From positions 1 to 41,214 of the forward strand of contig JARRRL010000001.1 of the NCBI GenBank assembly GCA_037380725.1: DNA of 41,214 nt, given 5' to 3'. Below are positions 9,981 to 22,817 of the stretch, one piece after another. Positions within the stretch are counted from its first letter, which is position 1; every line of letters starts with the position of its first letter. The notes below the pieces were generated by a model that did no database searches, was not told the DNA's origin, and was given only the letters and a program-made list of their open reading frames with translations. Made by a program: the position numbers and the translations under genes. Origin of the DNA: Gammaproteobacteria bacterium (lineage in GTDB: Bacteria > Pseudomonadota > Gammaproteobacteria > Pseudomonadales > JANQJO01).

Positions 9981-10092
9981 AATCATTTTAGTTGCCCTGG
10001 TTTTTTAAATCCTGTCATTCCATAAACTATGGCGTGCTGCTACTAACTCATTGTGGACCATCGGTACAAGGTCCCCCTGTTTTAACAGGTAT

Positions 10093-10127
10093 AAAAAAAG
10101 CCAGCACACAAATATGCACTGGCTTTT
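10093..10127 (-). terminator. intrinsic terminator of the sdh-suc operon
   Basis: Minus strand AAAAGCCAG...CTGGCTTTTTTT just downstream of the sucD stop. Confidence 0.7.
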
Positions 10128-10165
10128 CAGGTTTTACAACTACAGCAATTTGATTGACTACTACG

Positions 10166-11041
10166 CTACCAACCGGTAAGCGCTTTAAGCGCCAATCCAA
10201 TTTCTGCCGGATTGCGAACGGTTTTCACGCCAGCGGCTTCCAAGGCTTCAAATTTCTCTGCTGCCGTACCCTTTCCACCAGCAATAATAGCACCGGCGTG
10301 CCCCATACGCTTACCCGAAGGCGCCGTAACACCGGCGATGTAAGACACGACAGGTTTAGTCACATTCGCTTTCACAAACGCTGCTGCCTCGTCTTCTGCT
10401 GTACCACCGATCTCACCAACCATGACAATGGCTTCTGTCTGTGGATCATCTTGAAACAAGGCCAAAGCATCAATAAAAGTCGTCCCAGGAATGGGATCAC
10501 CACCAATTCCAATGCACGTAGATTGACCAAAACCCAAAGCGGTCGTTTGGTTTACGGCCTCATACGTCAAGGTGCCAGATCGAGAGACAATGCCCACTTT
10601 CCCTGGCTGATGAATATGGCCCGGCATAATACCAATCTTACATTCCCCGGGTGTAATGACGCCTGGGCAGTTGGGCCCGATTAAGCGAACGCCACCGCGC
10701 TGCACAATCGCCTCTTTCACCACCAACATATCCAATGCGGGAATGCCTTCCGTGATACACACAATCAATTCCAAACCCGCATCAACCGCTTCTAAAATAG
10801 AATCTTTGCAAAAAGCCGCTGGCACATATATCACGCTGGCATTGGCGCCCGTTTCGGCAACCGCCTGCGCCACCGTGTTAAACACAGGCAAATTTAGGTG
10901 CGTTTGTCCTCCTTTGCCCGGCGTAACTCCGCCAACCATCTTTGTACCATAAGCAATGGCTTGTTCAGAATGGAAAGTACCCTGTGAACCGGTAAAACCT
11001 TGGCAAATTACTCTGGTCTCTTTATTGACAAGTACGCTCAC
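10166..11041 (-). CDS. sucD: succinyl-CoA synthetase alpha subunit
   Basis: [34 protein letters not shown] phospho-His motif. The GTG start overlaps the sucC TGA. Confidence 0.98.
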   Translation of the reverse strand: MSVLVNKETRVICQGFTGSQGTFHSEQAIAYGTKMVGGVTPGKGGQTHLNLPVFNTVAQAVAETGANASVIYVPAAFCKDSILEAVDAGLELIVCITEGIPALDMLVVKEAIVQRGGVRLIGPNCPGVITPGECKIGIMPGHIHQPGKVGIVSRSGTLTYEAVNQTTALGFGQSTCIGIGGDPIPGTTFIDALALFQDDPQTEAIVMVGEIGGTAEDEAAAFVKANVTKPVVSYIAGVTAPSGKRMGHAGAIIAGGKGTAAEKFEALEAAGVKTVRNPAEIGLALKALTGW

Positions 11042-12207
11042 TCTGCACCTCCCGCCGCCGCTACTGCCATGACTGCTGCTTCGTCAAAGCTGTTAGCAGC
11101 CTGTATGTTTAGCCCACTGCTGGCGAGTTTTTCCGCCCCCAATTTGGCGTTATTACCTTCTAAGCGGACCACCACAGGCACTTGTACACCCACTTCCGCC
11201 ACAGCACCAATGATGCCATCCGCAATCAAATCGCAGCGGACAATACCACCAAAAATATTCACCAAAATCGCTTTGACCTTCTGATCAGACAAGATGATTT
11301 TAAACGCTTCGGTCACACGCTCTTTGGTTGCGCCACCACCGACATCCAGAAAATTTGCCGGAGCGCCGCCTTTCAATTTCACCAAGTCCATGGTGCCCAT
11401 AGCTAATCCAGCACCATTGACCATGCACCCTATGCTGCCATCCAGCGATACGTAATTCAATTCCCACTCAGCCGCGCGACGCTCACGCTCGTCTTCCTGC
11501 GTTGGATCTTCCAGTTTTTTAAGCTCAGGGTGACGAAACAAGGCCGATGAATCCAACACCACTTTCGCATCCAAACAACGCAAATTGCCCTCATCCGTAA
11601 TGATAAGGGGATTCACCTCAATGATTGACGCATCGTGATCCAAAAAAATCTGCACCAAGCCCATGAAAATTTGGCTAAATTGTTTAACTTGAGTCGCGTT
11701 CAAACCCATTTTAAACGCCATCTCGCGCGCCTGATACGGCTGCGGCCCCACCAGTGGATCGATCAACGCTTTGTGGATTTTTTCCGGCGTTTCCTCCGCT
11801 ACTTTTTCTATTTCCACACCGCCTTCCGTGGACGCCATCACGACCACACGACGTGTGCCTCGATCCAGCACAACCCCCAAATAAAGCTCTTTACTGATGT
11901 CACTGCACCGTTCAACCAAAATTTGATTCACCGGCTGGCCCGCTTCATCCGTTTGGTACGTGACCAAACGCTTTCCCAGCATATCCGCTGCGAAGGCTTC
12001 CACTTCTGCCGTGGAATCCACCAATTTGACACCACCGGCCTTACCACGCCCGCCCGCGTGAACCTGGGCTTTCACCACCCATCGTTCACCACCCAGCTTT
12101 TTTGCCGCCGCAACGGCGGCCTCGGGCGAATTCGCCGCAATGCCTTCAGGCACAGGCAAGCCGTATTTGGCAAACAGTTCTTTGCCCTGGTACTCATGTA
12201 AATTCAT
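11038..12207 (-). CDS. sucC: succinyl-CoA synthetase beta subunit
   Basis: MNLHEYQGK start, [41 protein letters not shown]. Confidence 0.98.
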   Translation of the reverse strand: MNLHEYQGKELFAKYGLPVPEGIAANSPEAAVAAAKKLGGERWVVKAQVHAGGRGKAGGVKLVDSTAEVEAFAADMLGKRLVTYQTDEAGQPVNQILVERCSDISKELYLGVVLDRGTRRVVVMASTEGGVEIEKVAEETPEKIHKALIDPLVGPQPYQAREMAFKMGLNATQVKQFSQIFMGLVQIFLDHDASIIEVNPLIITDEGNLRCLDAKVVLDSSALFRHPELKKLEDPTQEDERERRAAEWELNYVSLDGSIGCMVNGAGLAMGTMDLVKLKGGAPANFLDVGGGATKERVTEAFKIILSDQKVKAILVNIFGGIVRCDLIADGIIGAVAEVGVQVPVVVRLEGNNAKLGAEKLASSGLNIQAANSFDEAAVMAVAAAGGAE

Positions 12208-12295
12208 AAATCTGCCTCGCACGCTTTGCTTGTAAACGGTTTACCCAATTCACAGTGTATTTGATTTCAGACATTCAGCACCTTAACGACACGGA

Positions 12296-13768
<1,473 letters not shown>

Positions 13769-13899
13769 TTATTATCTGTTATTACGCCTTGATCCTCAGC
13801 ACAGTTCGTCTTGATTGTTCAAAAGCGTAAAAAATATGGTCTGTTCAAGCCGCTATCGATCATACGCCCATCAGCGCCATCAAGACCCGTTTCGGTCTC

Positions 13900-15138
13900 T
13901 TATAAATCCAACAACAGACGAGTGGGATCTTCGATAAATTCTTTAATGGTTACCAAAAATTGAACCGCTTCTTTACCATCAATCAATCGATGATCATACG
14001 ACATAGCCAAATACATCATCGGTCGTATGACAACCTGACCGTTTTCAGCCACTGGCCTTTCCTGGATCGAGTGCATACCCAAAATAGCCGTTTGTGGTGG
14101 ATTCAAAATTGGCGTAGAAAGCAAAGATCCGAACACGCCACCATTTGAAATGGTAAACGTACCACCGGTCATGTCTTCAATAGCCAGCTTACCATCCCGC
14201 GCCTTCTTTCCATAATCAACTATTTTTTGCTCAATTTCAGCAAAGCTCTTCATGTCAGCATCGCGCAAAATCGGTACCACTAATCCTCGATCTGTCGAAA
14301 CAGCCACACCCACATCGTAAAAACCATGATACACAATATCGCTATCATCGATGGAGGCATTCACAGCCGGGAAGCGTTTCAATGCCTCAACACCCGCACG
14401 AACGAAAAACGACATAAAACCCAGTTTGACACCATGGCGATCCAAAAATCGGTCTTTATATTGCTTTCGTGTCGCCATAAGCGGCGCCATATTCACTTCA
14501 TTAAACGTCGTGAGCATCGCCGTCTGATTTTTCGCCTGCATTAAACGCTCTGCCACCCGCGCCCGCAAGCGCGTCATAGGCACGCGTCGCTCTTCACGCG
14601 CACCCACATTTTGGGTCAACGCATCGGTCAGCTCAAATTCAGGAACCACCTTCAGATCTGGACGACTCGCCCCGTCCTTACGCTCTCCACCACTGAGATA
14701 ACGCACCACATCATCCTTGGTGACTCGCCCATCTTTTCCGCTGCTTGGAATCTGGTCAATAGTCAAGTTATTTTCTTTCAATAACTTACGCACTGCGGGT
14801 CCCGCCACAGCGCCAGCACTCATGACCGCGTCATGACCAGCGACAGCTACTGAGTCACCCACCGCACCTTGACCTTGAGCGGCCACACTTTTAGCGACGG
14901 CGCCTTCCTCAAACGTGGCCAAAACTTCAAGACTCTCCACCGTCTCACCCTCTGCCTTCAGGATGCTCTGCAAGGTGCCGTTACTCGGAGCCACCACTTC
15001 TAGCACCACTTTGTCCGTCTCAATATCCACCAATAGTTCATCCCGAGACACAGCATCTCCGGGTTGTTTGTGCCACGTGGCCACAGTGCCTTCCGCAACA
15101 GACTCTGGAAACTGTGGTGCTTTTATATCGCTGGCCAT
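13900..15138 (-). CDS. sucB: 2-oxoglutarate dehydrogenase E2 (dihydrolipoyl succinyltransferase)
   Basis: Lipoyl motif IETDKV, E3-binding SGKDGRVTK, catalytic SYDHRLIDG. Confidence 0.98.
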   Translation of the reverse strand: MASDIKAPQFPESVAEGTVATWHKQPGDAVSRDELLVDIETDKVVLEVVAPSNGTLQSILKAEGETVESLEVLATFEEGAVAKSVAAQGQGAVGDSVAVAGHDAVMSAGAVAGPAVRKLLKENNLTIDQIPSSGKDGRVTKDDVVRYLSGGERKDGASRPDLKVVPEFELTDALTQNVGAREERRVPMTRLRARVAERLMQAKNQTAMLTTFNEVNMAPLMATRKQYKDRFLDRHGVKLGFMSFFVRAGVEALKRFPAVNASIDDSDIVYHGFYDVGVAVSTDRGLVVPILRDADMKSFAEIEQKIVDYGKKARDGKLAIEDMTGGTFTISNGGVFGSLLSTPILNPPQTAILGMHSIQERPVAENGQVVIRPMMYLAMSYDHRLIDGKEAVQFLVTIKEFIEDPTRLLLDL

Positions 15139-15215
15139 AGGAAAATCCCCACACCTTTTCTTTCAAGTAAAAACGGTCATTCAAATTTAGTTACTGAGAA
15201 ACATTAACTTAACAG

Positions 15216-18062
15216 CTAGGCCTCCGTAACCCGAAACGCATCAAGAATCAATTTTTGCTGTTCTTCAACGTGTACTGACATATAGCCACTGGCCGCGGCA
15301 GCAGAAGCCACTCGACCGGCATAAAGCAGTACCGGTTGATGAATCAATCGGGCGATGACTCGACTCATGCGATGCTGACTGCAGAACCAAGCACCCTGAT
15401 TCTTTGGTTCTTCTTGGCACCACACAACCCATTTCAAATTTGGATAGAGACTCAAAGCCGAATACAACTCATCATCCGGAAAAGGATACAATTGCTCAAT
15501 GCGTATAATAGCCGTATCAGACCACGACTCCGCTTGACGGCGCTCAACCAAATCATAATACACACGCCCACTACACATAATCACACGTTCAACTTGCTGT
15601 GGGTCGATATCTTCTATTTCCGGCAAAACCATCTGAAACGACCCTTCCGCCAGATCTTCGAGCGTGGAGACGCAGGCTTTATGCCTCAAGAGACTCTTCG
15701 GCGACATCACGATTAAGGGCTTGCGCAAGGGACGAATCGCTTGTCGACGCAACATGTGATAGATCTGCGCCGGCGTCGACGGGACACAGATTTGCATGTT
15801 GTTTTCAGCACACAGCTGCAAAAACCGCTCCAACCGCGCGGAAGAGTGCTCGGGCCCTTGGCCTTCATAACCGTGGGGCAACAACATCACTAAACCACAC
15901 AAACGTGACCACTTATGCTCCCCAGATGAAATGAATTGATCGATCACAACTTGAGCGCCATTAGCAAAATCGCCGAATTGCGCTTCCCAAATCACGAGGC
16001 TTGCGGGTGACGTTGTGGCATAACCGTACTCAAACGCCAACACAGCCTCTTCTGACAGCAGCGAATCGTAAATATCAAAGCGCACACCCGCTTCACGGGC
16101 AATGTTCAATAAGGGAATGTGTACCTTGCCGTCTTTTTGACTGTGCAACACCACATGACGGTGGGAAAAAGTGCCTCGACCCGAATCTTGCCCCGAAATA
16201 CGGATGGGATAACCCTCATGCAGAAGCGTCGCGTACGCCATCATTTCCGCGTAACCCCAATTAATGGACAAAGCGCCTGCCGTCATCCGCTTACGATCTT
16301 CGATGATTTTCTGTACTTGCCGCTGTAACACAAAGCCTTCGGGCATGAGTTCTAAGCCCTGCGCCACCGCTTGCAGCTGCTTGACCTCCATGGTGGTATC
16401 AGCATAAGGGATCCAATCATGCCCCACGTAAGAAGACCAATCCACAAACAGCTTTTTATTGGGTTGCGTCACGAGTGATTTCACAACGTGTGCGCCCTGC
16501 TCCAGCAAGTTGCGATACACTTCCGCCATGTCATCCGCTTCGGAAGCCGTAATCACGCCTTCTTGCTCCAACAGGCCAGCGTACCGATCTCGCACCGGTT
16601 TCAAGGTGCGAATCACTTTGTACATAAGCGGTTGCGTACCCGAGGGTTCATCGGTCTCATTGTGACCATGACGACGGTAGCACACCAGATCAATAACAAC
16701 GTCTTTCTTGAATTCATGCCGAAAATCCACAGCCATCTGCGTCACAAACAAGACGGCTTCCGGATCATCCCCATTCACGTGAAAAATCGGCGCCTGGACT
16801 ATTTTGGCCACGTTGGTGCAATATTCAGTGGATCGCGAGTCTTCTCGTTTGCTTGTGGTAAATCCCACTTGGTTGTTCACAATAATGTGCAAGGTCCCGC
16901 CCGTGCGATACGCCCGCGTTTGCGACATCTGCAGGATTTCCATCACAACGCCTTGTCCAGCAAAAGCCGCATCACCATGAATCAGTATCGGTGTGACTTG
17001 CTCTCCCGTTTTATCGAGACGGCGATCTTGTCGAGCACGCACTGAACCAGCTACAACCGGGGATACAATTTCCAAGTGAGAGGGGTTAAACGCCAGCGCC
17101 AGATGCACTTCACCGCCCGGAGTCAGCACATTAGATGAAAAGCCCTGATGATACTTCACGTCACCTGAGCCGCGCGTCACCAAACGCTTTCCTTCGAATT
17201 CCCCGAATAACTCAGTGGGGTTTTTCCCCAAAATATTAACCAACACATTCAATCGACCACGGTGCGCCATACCCAGCACGATTTCCTTCAGGCCATAAGC
17301 ACCCCCCCGCTGAATGGCTTCGTCTAAAAGGGGAATCAACGATTCGCCCCCTTCCAATCCGAAACGTTTGTAGCCAGGAAACTTCGACGCCAACGATTTT
17401 TCCAATCCTTCCGCTGCGATCAAGCGTTCCAATAAATGTCGTTTAATTTCTGCGTTGTAAACGGGGTGGGAGCGAACGCCTTCCATGCGCTGTTGAATCC
17501 AACGCTTTTCAGTCGTACCGACAATGTGCATGTATTCCGCACCCACACTGCTACAATAGGTCTGATGTAAAGCCGCGTAAATCTCACGAAGTGTGGCTTC
17601 TTCCTTGCCGATGCACAAATTGCCAGTATTGAAAACCGTATCGAGATCCGCGTCCGTGAGTCCATGGTGCGTCAGCGTCAGATCCGCCACATCACGACGC
17701 TTCATTAATCCCAAAGGATCCAACGTAGCGCACTGATGACCACGCGTGCGAAACGCCGCCACCATTTGAGTCACAGCCACTTGTTTCTTATCATGCTCAG
17801 AAGTGACTGCACCGACTTCGAGTGGGTGTCGCCGAGTGCGGTTACGCGCCAACATCTCAAAATGTTGCTTTATCGTACCATGCGGCACATCCGGTTCAGT
17901 GTGTCCGTTGACTCGGGGTAATGTCTCAAACTGCGAACGCCAGTGCTCAGAAATACTATTTGGATCACGCAGATACGCTTCATAAAGCGCTTCAATATAC
18001 ATCGCATTGCCACCGTAAAACGGCGACGAGGACCAATTTTGCTCCATTTGGCTGCCAGGCAT
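15216..18062 (-). CDS. sucA: 2-oxoglutarate dehydrogenase E1
   Basis: GMAHRGRLN, GDVKYH, NPSHLE, HGDAAFAGQG TPP motif, WEAQFGDFANGAQ, PHGYEGQGPEHSS. Confidence 0.98.
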   Translation of the reverse strand: MPGSQMEQNWSSSPFYGGNAMYIEALYEAYLRDPNSISEHWRSQFETLPRVNGHTEPDVPHGTIKQHFEMLARNRTRRHPLEVGAVTSEHDKKQVAVTQMVAAFRTRGHQCATLDPLGLMKRRDVADLTLTHHGLTDADLDTVFNTGNLCIGKEEATLREIYAALHQTYCSSVGAEYMHIVGTTEKRWIQQRMEGVRSHPVYNAEIKRHLLERLIAAEGLEKSLASKFPGYKRFGLEGGESLIPLLDEAIQRGGAYGLKEIVLGMAHRGRLNVLVNILGKNPTELFGEFEGKRLVTRGSGDVKYHQGFSSNVLTPGGEVHLALAFNPSHLEIVSPVVAGSVRARQDRRLDKTGEQVTPILIHGDAAFAGQGVVMEILQMSQTRAYRTGGTLHIIVNNQVGFTTSKREDSRSTEYCTNVAKIVQAPIFHVNGDDPEAVLFVTQMAVDFRHEFKKDVVIDLVCYRRHGHNETDEPSGTQPLMYKVIRTLKPVRDRYAGLLEQEGVITASEADDMAEVYRNLLEQGAHVVKSLVTQPNKKLFVDWSSYVGHDWIPYADTTMEVKQLQAVAQGLELMPEGFVLQRQVQKIIEDRKRMTAGALSINWGYAEMMAYATLLHEGYPIRISGQDSGRGTFSHRHVVLHSQKDGKVHIPLLNIAREAGVRFDIYDSLLSEEAVLAFEYGYATTSPASLVIWEAQFGDFANGAQVVIDQFISSGEHKWSRLCGLVMLLPHGYEGQGPEHSSARLERFLQLCAENNMQICVPSTPAQIYHMLRRQAIRPLRKPLIVMSPKSLLRHKACVSTLEDLAEGSFQMVLPEIEDIDPQQVERVIMCSGRVYYDLVERRQAESWSDTAIIRIEQLYPFPDDELYSALSLYPNLKWVVWCQEEPKNQGAWFCSQHRMSRVIARLIHQPVLLYAGRVASAAAASGYMSVHVEEQQKLILDAFRVTEA

Positions 18063-18608
18063 GTCGCTTCCTTATAGAGAAAAGTAAGCCGCTGTGTGTG
18101 TAAAGTGATGCGAGTGTTATCAGACCGTATCCAAGGAGACAGCCTCGTGGACCACTCTCATCAACCGATTCGTATCAACCAATTTGCTTCAACCAAAAAG
18201 AACCAACCACTGCACTAATCATAGACAGCAGCTAAGGGACGCAAATGTACACCTTTACGCACCCCTTATTCAACCATTGTCACGCCATGAGTGAAGAACA
18301 AATTCACGAATCCGACCAACACCTGACTCTAGCCATTCCTCAGACCAATGCGGCCTAGGTTCCATCCATCCTTCAAAGCATTCATCAAAATTATAGGCTA
18401 TAACCCAGGGTGTCCACTTACCAATTATTCCACTCTCCTAAACGCGATTTTATTCACAAAGTTGGAAAGGCAAGACGGGAAAGGCAAGATGGAAAAAACA
18501 AGATGGGAAAAAAAGATGGCAAAAAAAGAGCGCGCACCCATTCTATGAACCCAGGCGCAGTCAATGACTCGTTGCGGTCAGTGACCCGTAAAATAGCTTT
18601 ATATCGGT

Positions 18609-18654
18609 TATCGGTTTCAGCTATCAGTTTCAGCTATTGGTTTCAGCTATCGGT
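18609..18654. repeat. 13-bp degenerate tandem repeat x3.5 downstream of sdhB
   Basis: TATCGGTTTCAGC / TATCAGTTTCAGC / TATTGGTTTCAGC / TATCGGT. Confidence 0.85.
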
Positions 18655-18682
18655 AGTAGCAGCAAACCATACTACATACTAT

Positions 18683-19390
18683 CTATGAGCCACGGGACAA
18701 TAACATTCCGCGAATGTGGCCAATAGCGCGAGTTGGATTGAGGCCTTTTGGGCAGACATTCACGCAGTTCATAATACCTCGGCAACGAAAAACACTGAAA
18801 GGATCTTCCAAGCCAGACAGGCGCTCTGCCGTTGCCGTATCTCGGGAGTCAACCAGAAAACGATATGCTTGCAACAGACCCGCCGGCCCCACAAACTTAT
18901 CCGGGTTCCACCAAAAAGAAGGGCAAGACGTCGTACAACATGCACACAAAATACACTCGTAAAGGCCATCGAGCTTGTCACGCTCTTCCGGGCTTTGCAA
19001 ACGCTCACGCGCAGGAGGAGGCGTATCATTAAGCAAGTATGGCTTTACTTTTTCATACTGACGATAGAACGGCGCCATATCCACCACGAGGTCTTTCATC
19101 ACAGGCAATCCTGGTAAAGGCCGAATCGTAAGCGGCTGGCCAGGTTTCATCACGTCCGACAGCGCTGTAATACAAGCCAAACCGTTCTTGCCATTCATAT
19201 TCATGCCATCCGAACCACACACCCCTTCACGACACGAGCGCCGAAAAGCCAATGTGGAGTCTTTTTCTTTGGCTAACATGAGCACATCCAACACCATGAG
19301 ATCTTTACCTTCTGTATCAATCTCGTAATCTTGAAAGTGCGGTTTTGCTTCGCATTCTGAGTCGTAACGATAAATTTTGACCTTAAGCAT
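18683..19390 (-). CDS. sdhB: succinate dehydrogenase Fe-S subunit
   Basis: SCREGVCGSDG, CILCACCTTSCP and CRGIMNCVNVCP Fe-S motifs. Start set at MLKVKIYRY. Confidence 0.97.
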   Translation of the reverse strand: MLKVKIYRYDSECEAKPHFQDYEIDTEGKDLMVLDVLMLAKEKDSTLAFRRSCREGVCGSDGMNMNGKNGLACITALSDVMKPGQPLTIRPLPGLPVMKDLVVDMAPFYRQYEKVKPYLLNDTPPPARERLQSPEERDKLDGLYECILCACCTTSCPSFWWNPDKFVGPAGLLQAYRFLVDSRDTATAERLSGLEDPFSVFRCRGIMNCVNVCPKGLNPTRAIGHIRGMLLSRGS

Positions 19391-19455
19391 ATGGACCTCT
19401 ACACCTGTTTTACTGCACCTCAAGCCGAACTCAGCGGAACGCCATCAACGCATTC

Positions 19456-21228
19456 TTAATACGTACGCGCCTTGGGCTGAAATGGCTCCACTTGTTTCGG
19501 TGAAAAATTAACCTTTCTTTTCTGCAATACGCGATTCCCCGGAACCACGATAGAGTGAACCAACCAGTTCTGGTCATCACGATCTGGGAAATCGTATCGG
19601 CTGTGCGCACCTCGACTTTCCGTGCGCTGATCAGCCGCTAACGCCGTCGCTTCTGCCACTTCCAACAAGTTCATGAGTTCCAATGCTTCCACTCGCGCCG
19701 TATTGAATACGCGACTTTTATCTTTGAGATGCAGGTGTGCGACGCGTTCACGCAACTCGGCTAGCTGTGCAACGCCCGCTTTCATCAGGTCTCCCTTACG
19801 GAAAACACCAAAATGATTTTGCATAATCTGCTGGAGATCACGTCTCACGATTGACGTCTCTTCACCAGAAGTACTGCTTTCCAAACGACTATAATTGGCC
19901 AGCGCTGCCTCCACATCTGAATCCGTTGCCAAACGATCAGATCGAACGTTATGCAATTCTTTTTCAAGAAACAGACCGGCTGCTCGCCCAAATACCACCA
20001 AATCCAGCAAACTATTGCCACCAAGACGGTTTGATCCGTGCACAGACACACACGCTGCTTCACCCACAGCAAACAATCCAGGAATAACGCGGTCATTGCC
20101 TTCTGCATCCACCGACACAGCCTGACCATTCACCGTAGTGGGAATCCCCCCCATCATATAATGACAGGTCGGCACCACCGGTATGGGCGCCTTCACCGGA
20201 TCAACGGACGCAAAAGTCTGCGACAGCTCACAGATACCCGGTAACCGCTTATGTAGAATATCCGCCCCCAAGTGATCCAATTTTAGGTAAACAAAATCAC
20301 CTTTTGGACCACAACCACGACCGGCCAAAATCTCCATCATAATTGATCGAGCTACCACATCACGCCCCGCTAAATCTTTCGCGTTCGGCGCATAGCGCTC
20401 CATGAATCGTTCACCATCTTTATTGATGAGGTAACCACCCTCGCCGCGGCAGCCTTCCGTAACCAGTGTACCCGCACCCGCGATCCCAGTCGGATGAAAT
20501 TGCCACATTTCCATATCTTGAACGGGAAATCCAGCACGCATGGCCATTCCCACGCCATCTCCCGTATTGATGTGCGCGTTGGTTGTGGACGCATAAATCC
20601 CACCCGCGCCCCCCGTCGCCAACACCACTGCGCCGCAGTGAATCGCTGCCAATTCCCCCGTCTCGATGCACAGCACCAACACACCAACAACCGCATTGTC
20701 CTGATTTTTAATCAGATCAATAGCATACCACTCATTGAAAAAGACCGTATTGTGCTTAACGTTTTGCTGATACAGCGTGTGCAACAACGCATGCCCAGTA
20801 CGATCAGCAGCAGCACAAGTACGCGCAGCCTGCCCACCTTCACCAAAATTCTTAGATTGACCACCAAACGGACGCTGGTAAATACGTCCCGACTCCGTAC
20901 GTGAAAAAGGTAAGCCCATGTGCTCCAGCTCAAACACCGCCTGCGGACCTTCAGAGCACATATACTCAATGGCGTCTTGATCGCCGATGTAATCAGAACC
21001 TTTTACGGTGTCATACATGTGCCAACGCCAGTCATCATTAGGATCCGCACTGGCAATGGCGCAGGTAATACCGCCTTGCGCCGATACCGTATGAGAACGC
21101 GTGGGAAACACTTTCGAAATTAACGCCGTTTTTTGCCCCGACTGCGCTAACTGAAGCGACGCCCGCATACCGGCTCCGCCCCCTCCCACAATGACCGCAT
21201 CGAAAGTCAGAGACCTAATATTGGTCAT
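19456..21228 (-). CDS. sdhA: succinate dehydrogenase flavoprotein
   Basis: [17 protein letters not shown] (covalent FAD His), [31 protein letters not shown]. Confidence 0.98.
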   Translation of the reverse strand: MTNIRSLTFDAVIVGGGGAGMRASLQLAQSGQKTALISKVFPTRSHTVSAQGGITCAIASADPNDDWRWHMYDTVKGSDYIGDQDAIEYMCSEGPQAVFELEHMGLPFSRTESGRIYQRPFGGQSKNFGEGGQAARTCAAADRTGHALLHTLYQQNVKHNTVFFNEWYAIDLIKNQDNAVVGVLVLCIETGELAAIHCGAVVLATGGAGGIYASTTNAHINTGDGVGMAMRAGFPVQDMEMWQFHPTGIAGAGTLVTEGCRGEGGYLINKDGERFMERYAPNAKDLAGRDVVARSIMMEILAGRGCGPKGDFVYLKLDHLGADILHKRLPGICELSQTFASVDPVKAPIPVVPTCHYMMGGIPTTVNGQAVSVDAEGNDRVIPGLFAVGEAACVSVHGSNRLGGNSLLDLVVFGRAAGLFLEKELHNVRSDRLATDSDVEAALANYSRLESSTSGEETSIVRRDLQQIMQNHFGVFRKGDLMKAGVAQLAELRERVAHLHLKDKSRVFNTARVEALELMNLLEVAEATALAADQRTESRGAHSRYDFPDRDDQNWLVHSIVVPGNRVLQKRKVNFSPKQVEPFQPKARTY

Positions 21229-21354
21229 AAAGCCATTACTCCCCGTGAAACGGCGCTCGGGACTGCACATCACCGTGGCATTAGCCCCAATTGTATAAAC
21301 GGCAACTGCATGGACTGCAATCGCATCAACTGCCCCAAAAACACCGATCCAATA

Positions 21355-21702
21355 TCAACTGGACCAAAAAATACGCCATGCCCACAGCACGTAGGTCACG
21401 TTCGCTGCGATGCACACCCACTGGAAAACAAATCGAATGCATGCTGGTTTGATGTAATCTGTAGCAATGGTCCACAGACCAATCCACGCGTGCGCCGCAA
21501 TCGCCAACGTAGCCAATACACCGAAAATCCGCATAGGACCAGACATCATAAACTGATGCCAAGCCACATACGTACCCTCAGAACAAAAAACTAAAAATCC
21601 AACAATAATAATCACATATGCTGTAATTACAAGCGCACTGATGCGCTGTATCATCCAATCTGAAAGGCCATTCCTTGACAAGCTTGTAACGTTTGTCACC
21701 AT
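21355..21702 (-). CDS. sdhD: succinate dehydrogenase hydrophobic anchor subunit
   Basis: MVTNVTSLSRNGLSDW, HAWIG, TDYIK. Overlaps the sdhC stop. Confidence 0.95.
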   Translation of the reverse strand: MVTNVTSLSRNGLSDWMIQRISALVITAYVIIIVGFLVFCSEGTYVAWHQFMMSGPMRIFGVLATLAIAAHAWIGLWTIATDYIKPACIRFVFQWVCIAANVTYVLWAWRIFWSS

Positions 21703-22079
21703 AACCACACCCCCAGGACCAATGCTGCAAAGCCCGACAAGCCCAAAATGATCCACGAACCTAAGCGAGCACCTGCTAACGTTTCACCGATGCCGATATC
21801 CATCAGTAGGTGTTTCACACCCGCGAACACATGGTAAAAGAGGCCACAAAGCGCTAGCCACAAGAAAAACTTCACCACACCGACATCGAGGAACGCCACC
21901 ACTTCCTTGAAGTTCACTTCCGATTGCAAAGAAGCATCCAGCAACCAGAGCAAGAATGGAATTGCCAAGAAGAGCGCAAAACCCGAAATACGATGCAAAA
22001 TGGACGTCACCGCAGGCAACGGAAACGCATAAGCCCTCAAACTGTTCAGATCGATGTTAGTGGGACGACGATCTTTCAC
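21696..22079 (-). CDS. sdhC: succinate dehydrogenase cytochrome b556 subunit
   Basis: RP.N.DL, SILHRISG, YHVFAGVKHLLMD. Confidence 0.95.
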   Translation of the reverse strand: MKDRRPTNIDLNSLRAYAFPLPAVTSILHRISGFALFLAIPFLLWLLDASLQSEVNFKEVVAFLDVGVVKFFLWLALCGLFYHVFAGVKHLLMDIGIGETLAGARLGSWIILGLSGFAALVLGVWLW

Positions 22080-22183
22080 CGGTAGACCTCCGAAAACGCC
22101 ACATCAAAATGTATTGACTCACGGCAATTATAATTTTACACAAAGTTGTTTATACACAACGGTGTTTACATGCAACGGTTCGT

Positions 22184-22203
22184 ACTGTGAAAATTCTCAC
22201 AGT
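22184..22203. promoter_or_regulatory. CRP-consensus palindrome upstream of sdhC
   Basis: ACTGTGA-AAATTC-TCACAGT contains an exact TGTGA-N6-TCACA. Confidence 0.55.
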
Positions 22204-22257
22204 GCCCTGCTGCCACCATCGCACCAATCAAATTCACCAAAAAAGCGATGCTCGCGC

Positions 22258-22286
22258 ATTATAGTCATTCATCTGCATGAAAACAA
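22258..22286 (-). promoter_or_regulatory. candidate sigma70 promoter for the sdhCDAB-suc operon
   Basis: Minus strand TTGTTT-N17-TATAAT. Confidence 0.45.
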
Positions 22287-22817
22287 AAAAACATCGTCAA
22301 TCCGTACAGCACGCGGAAGCACAGCGCGCTCAACGCTCAACAAATAAGCTCTGTTAAAGGGTAATCCGTGATGAGAAAGCGCGACGGAGCGAGTTCTATT
22401 ATACTGTTCGAATGAACCGACGGACGAAGAGGGGATGAATGGGAAATCTATCGATATCAGCCGATCCAGTATGCAACGCATGAATGCCTTTTAATCCATT
22501 GACAGCAATATTAATTTGACATACGCCCGCCAGTACGAGTAGCTTCAGCGCCTTCTGATTTTTCTGTTGTACACGATAAAAATTGGCGCAAGTTAGGCAT
22601 GCGTACAGGCAAAAACGCTCGGGCACTGCAGTCTGTCGTTACACGCTGTCATGTGCCGTATATTTGTTTTGTTTGTTGAAGTCGTTTGATCAAAGCAGCA
22701 AATGGGTCAAAACATCAAAGTCAAAGATCACGCGCCAAAGAAAATGATCGTTTATTATACAAAATAAGATTACTCTGATCCGCATCAGGTCAGGACCTTG
22801 CCAGGAGACCGCTCACC

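Noticed and set aside
18236-18245. c-di-GMP-I riboswitch (GGGACGCAAA)
   Set aside because: It is on the strand opposite sucA, and the upstream GGCAAAC/GNRA P2 elements are absent.
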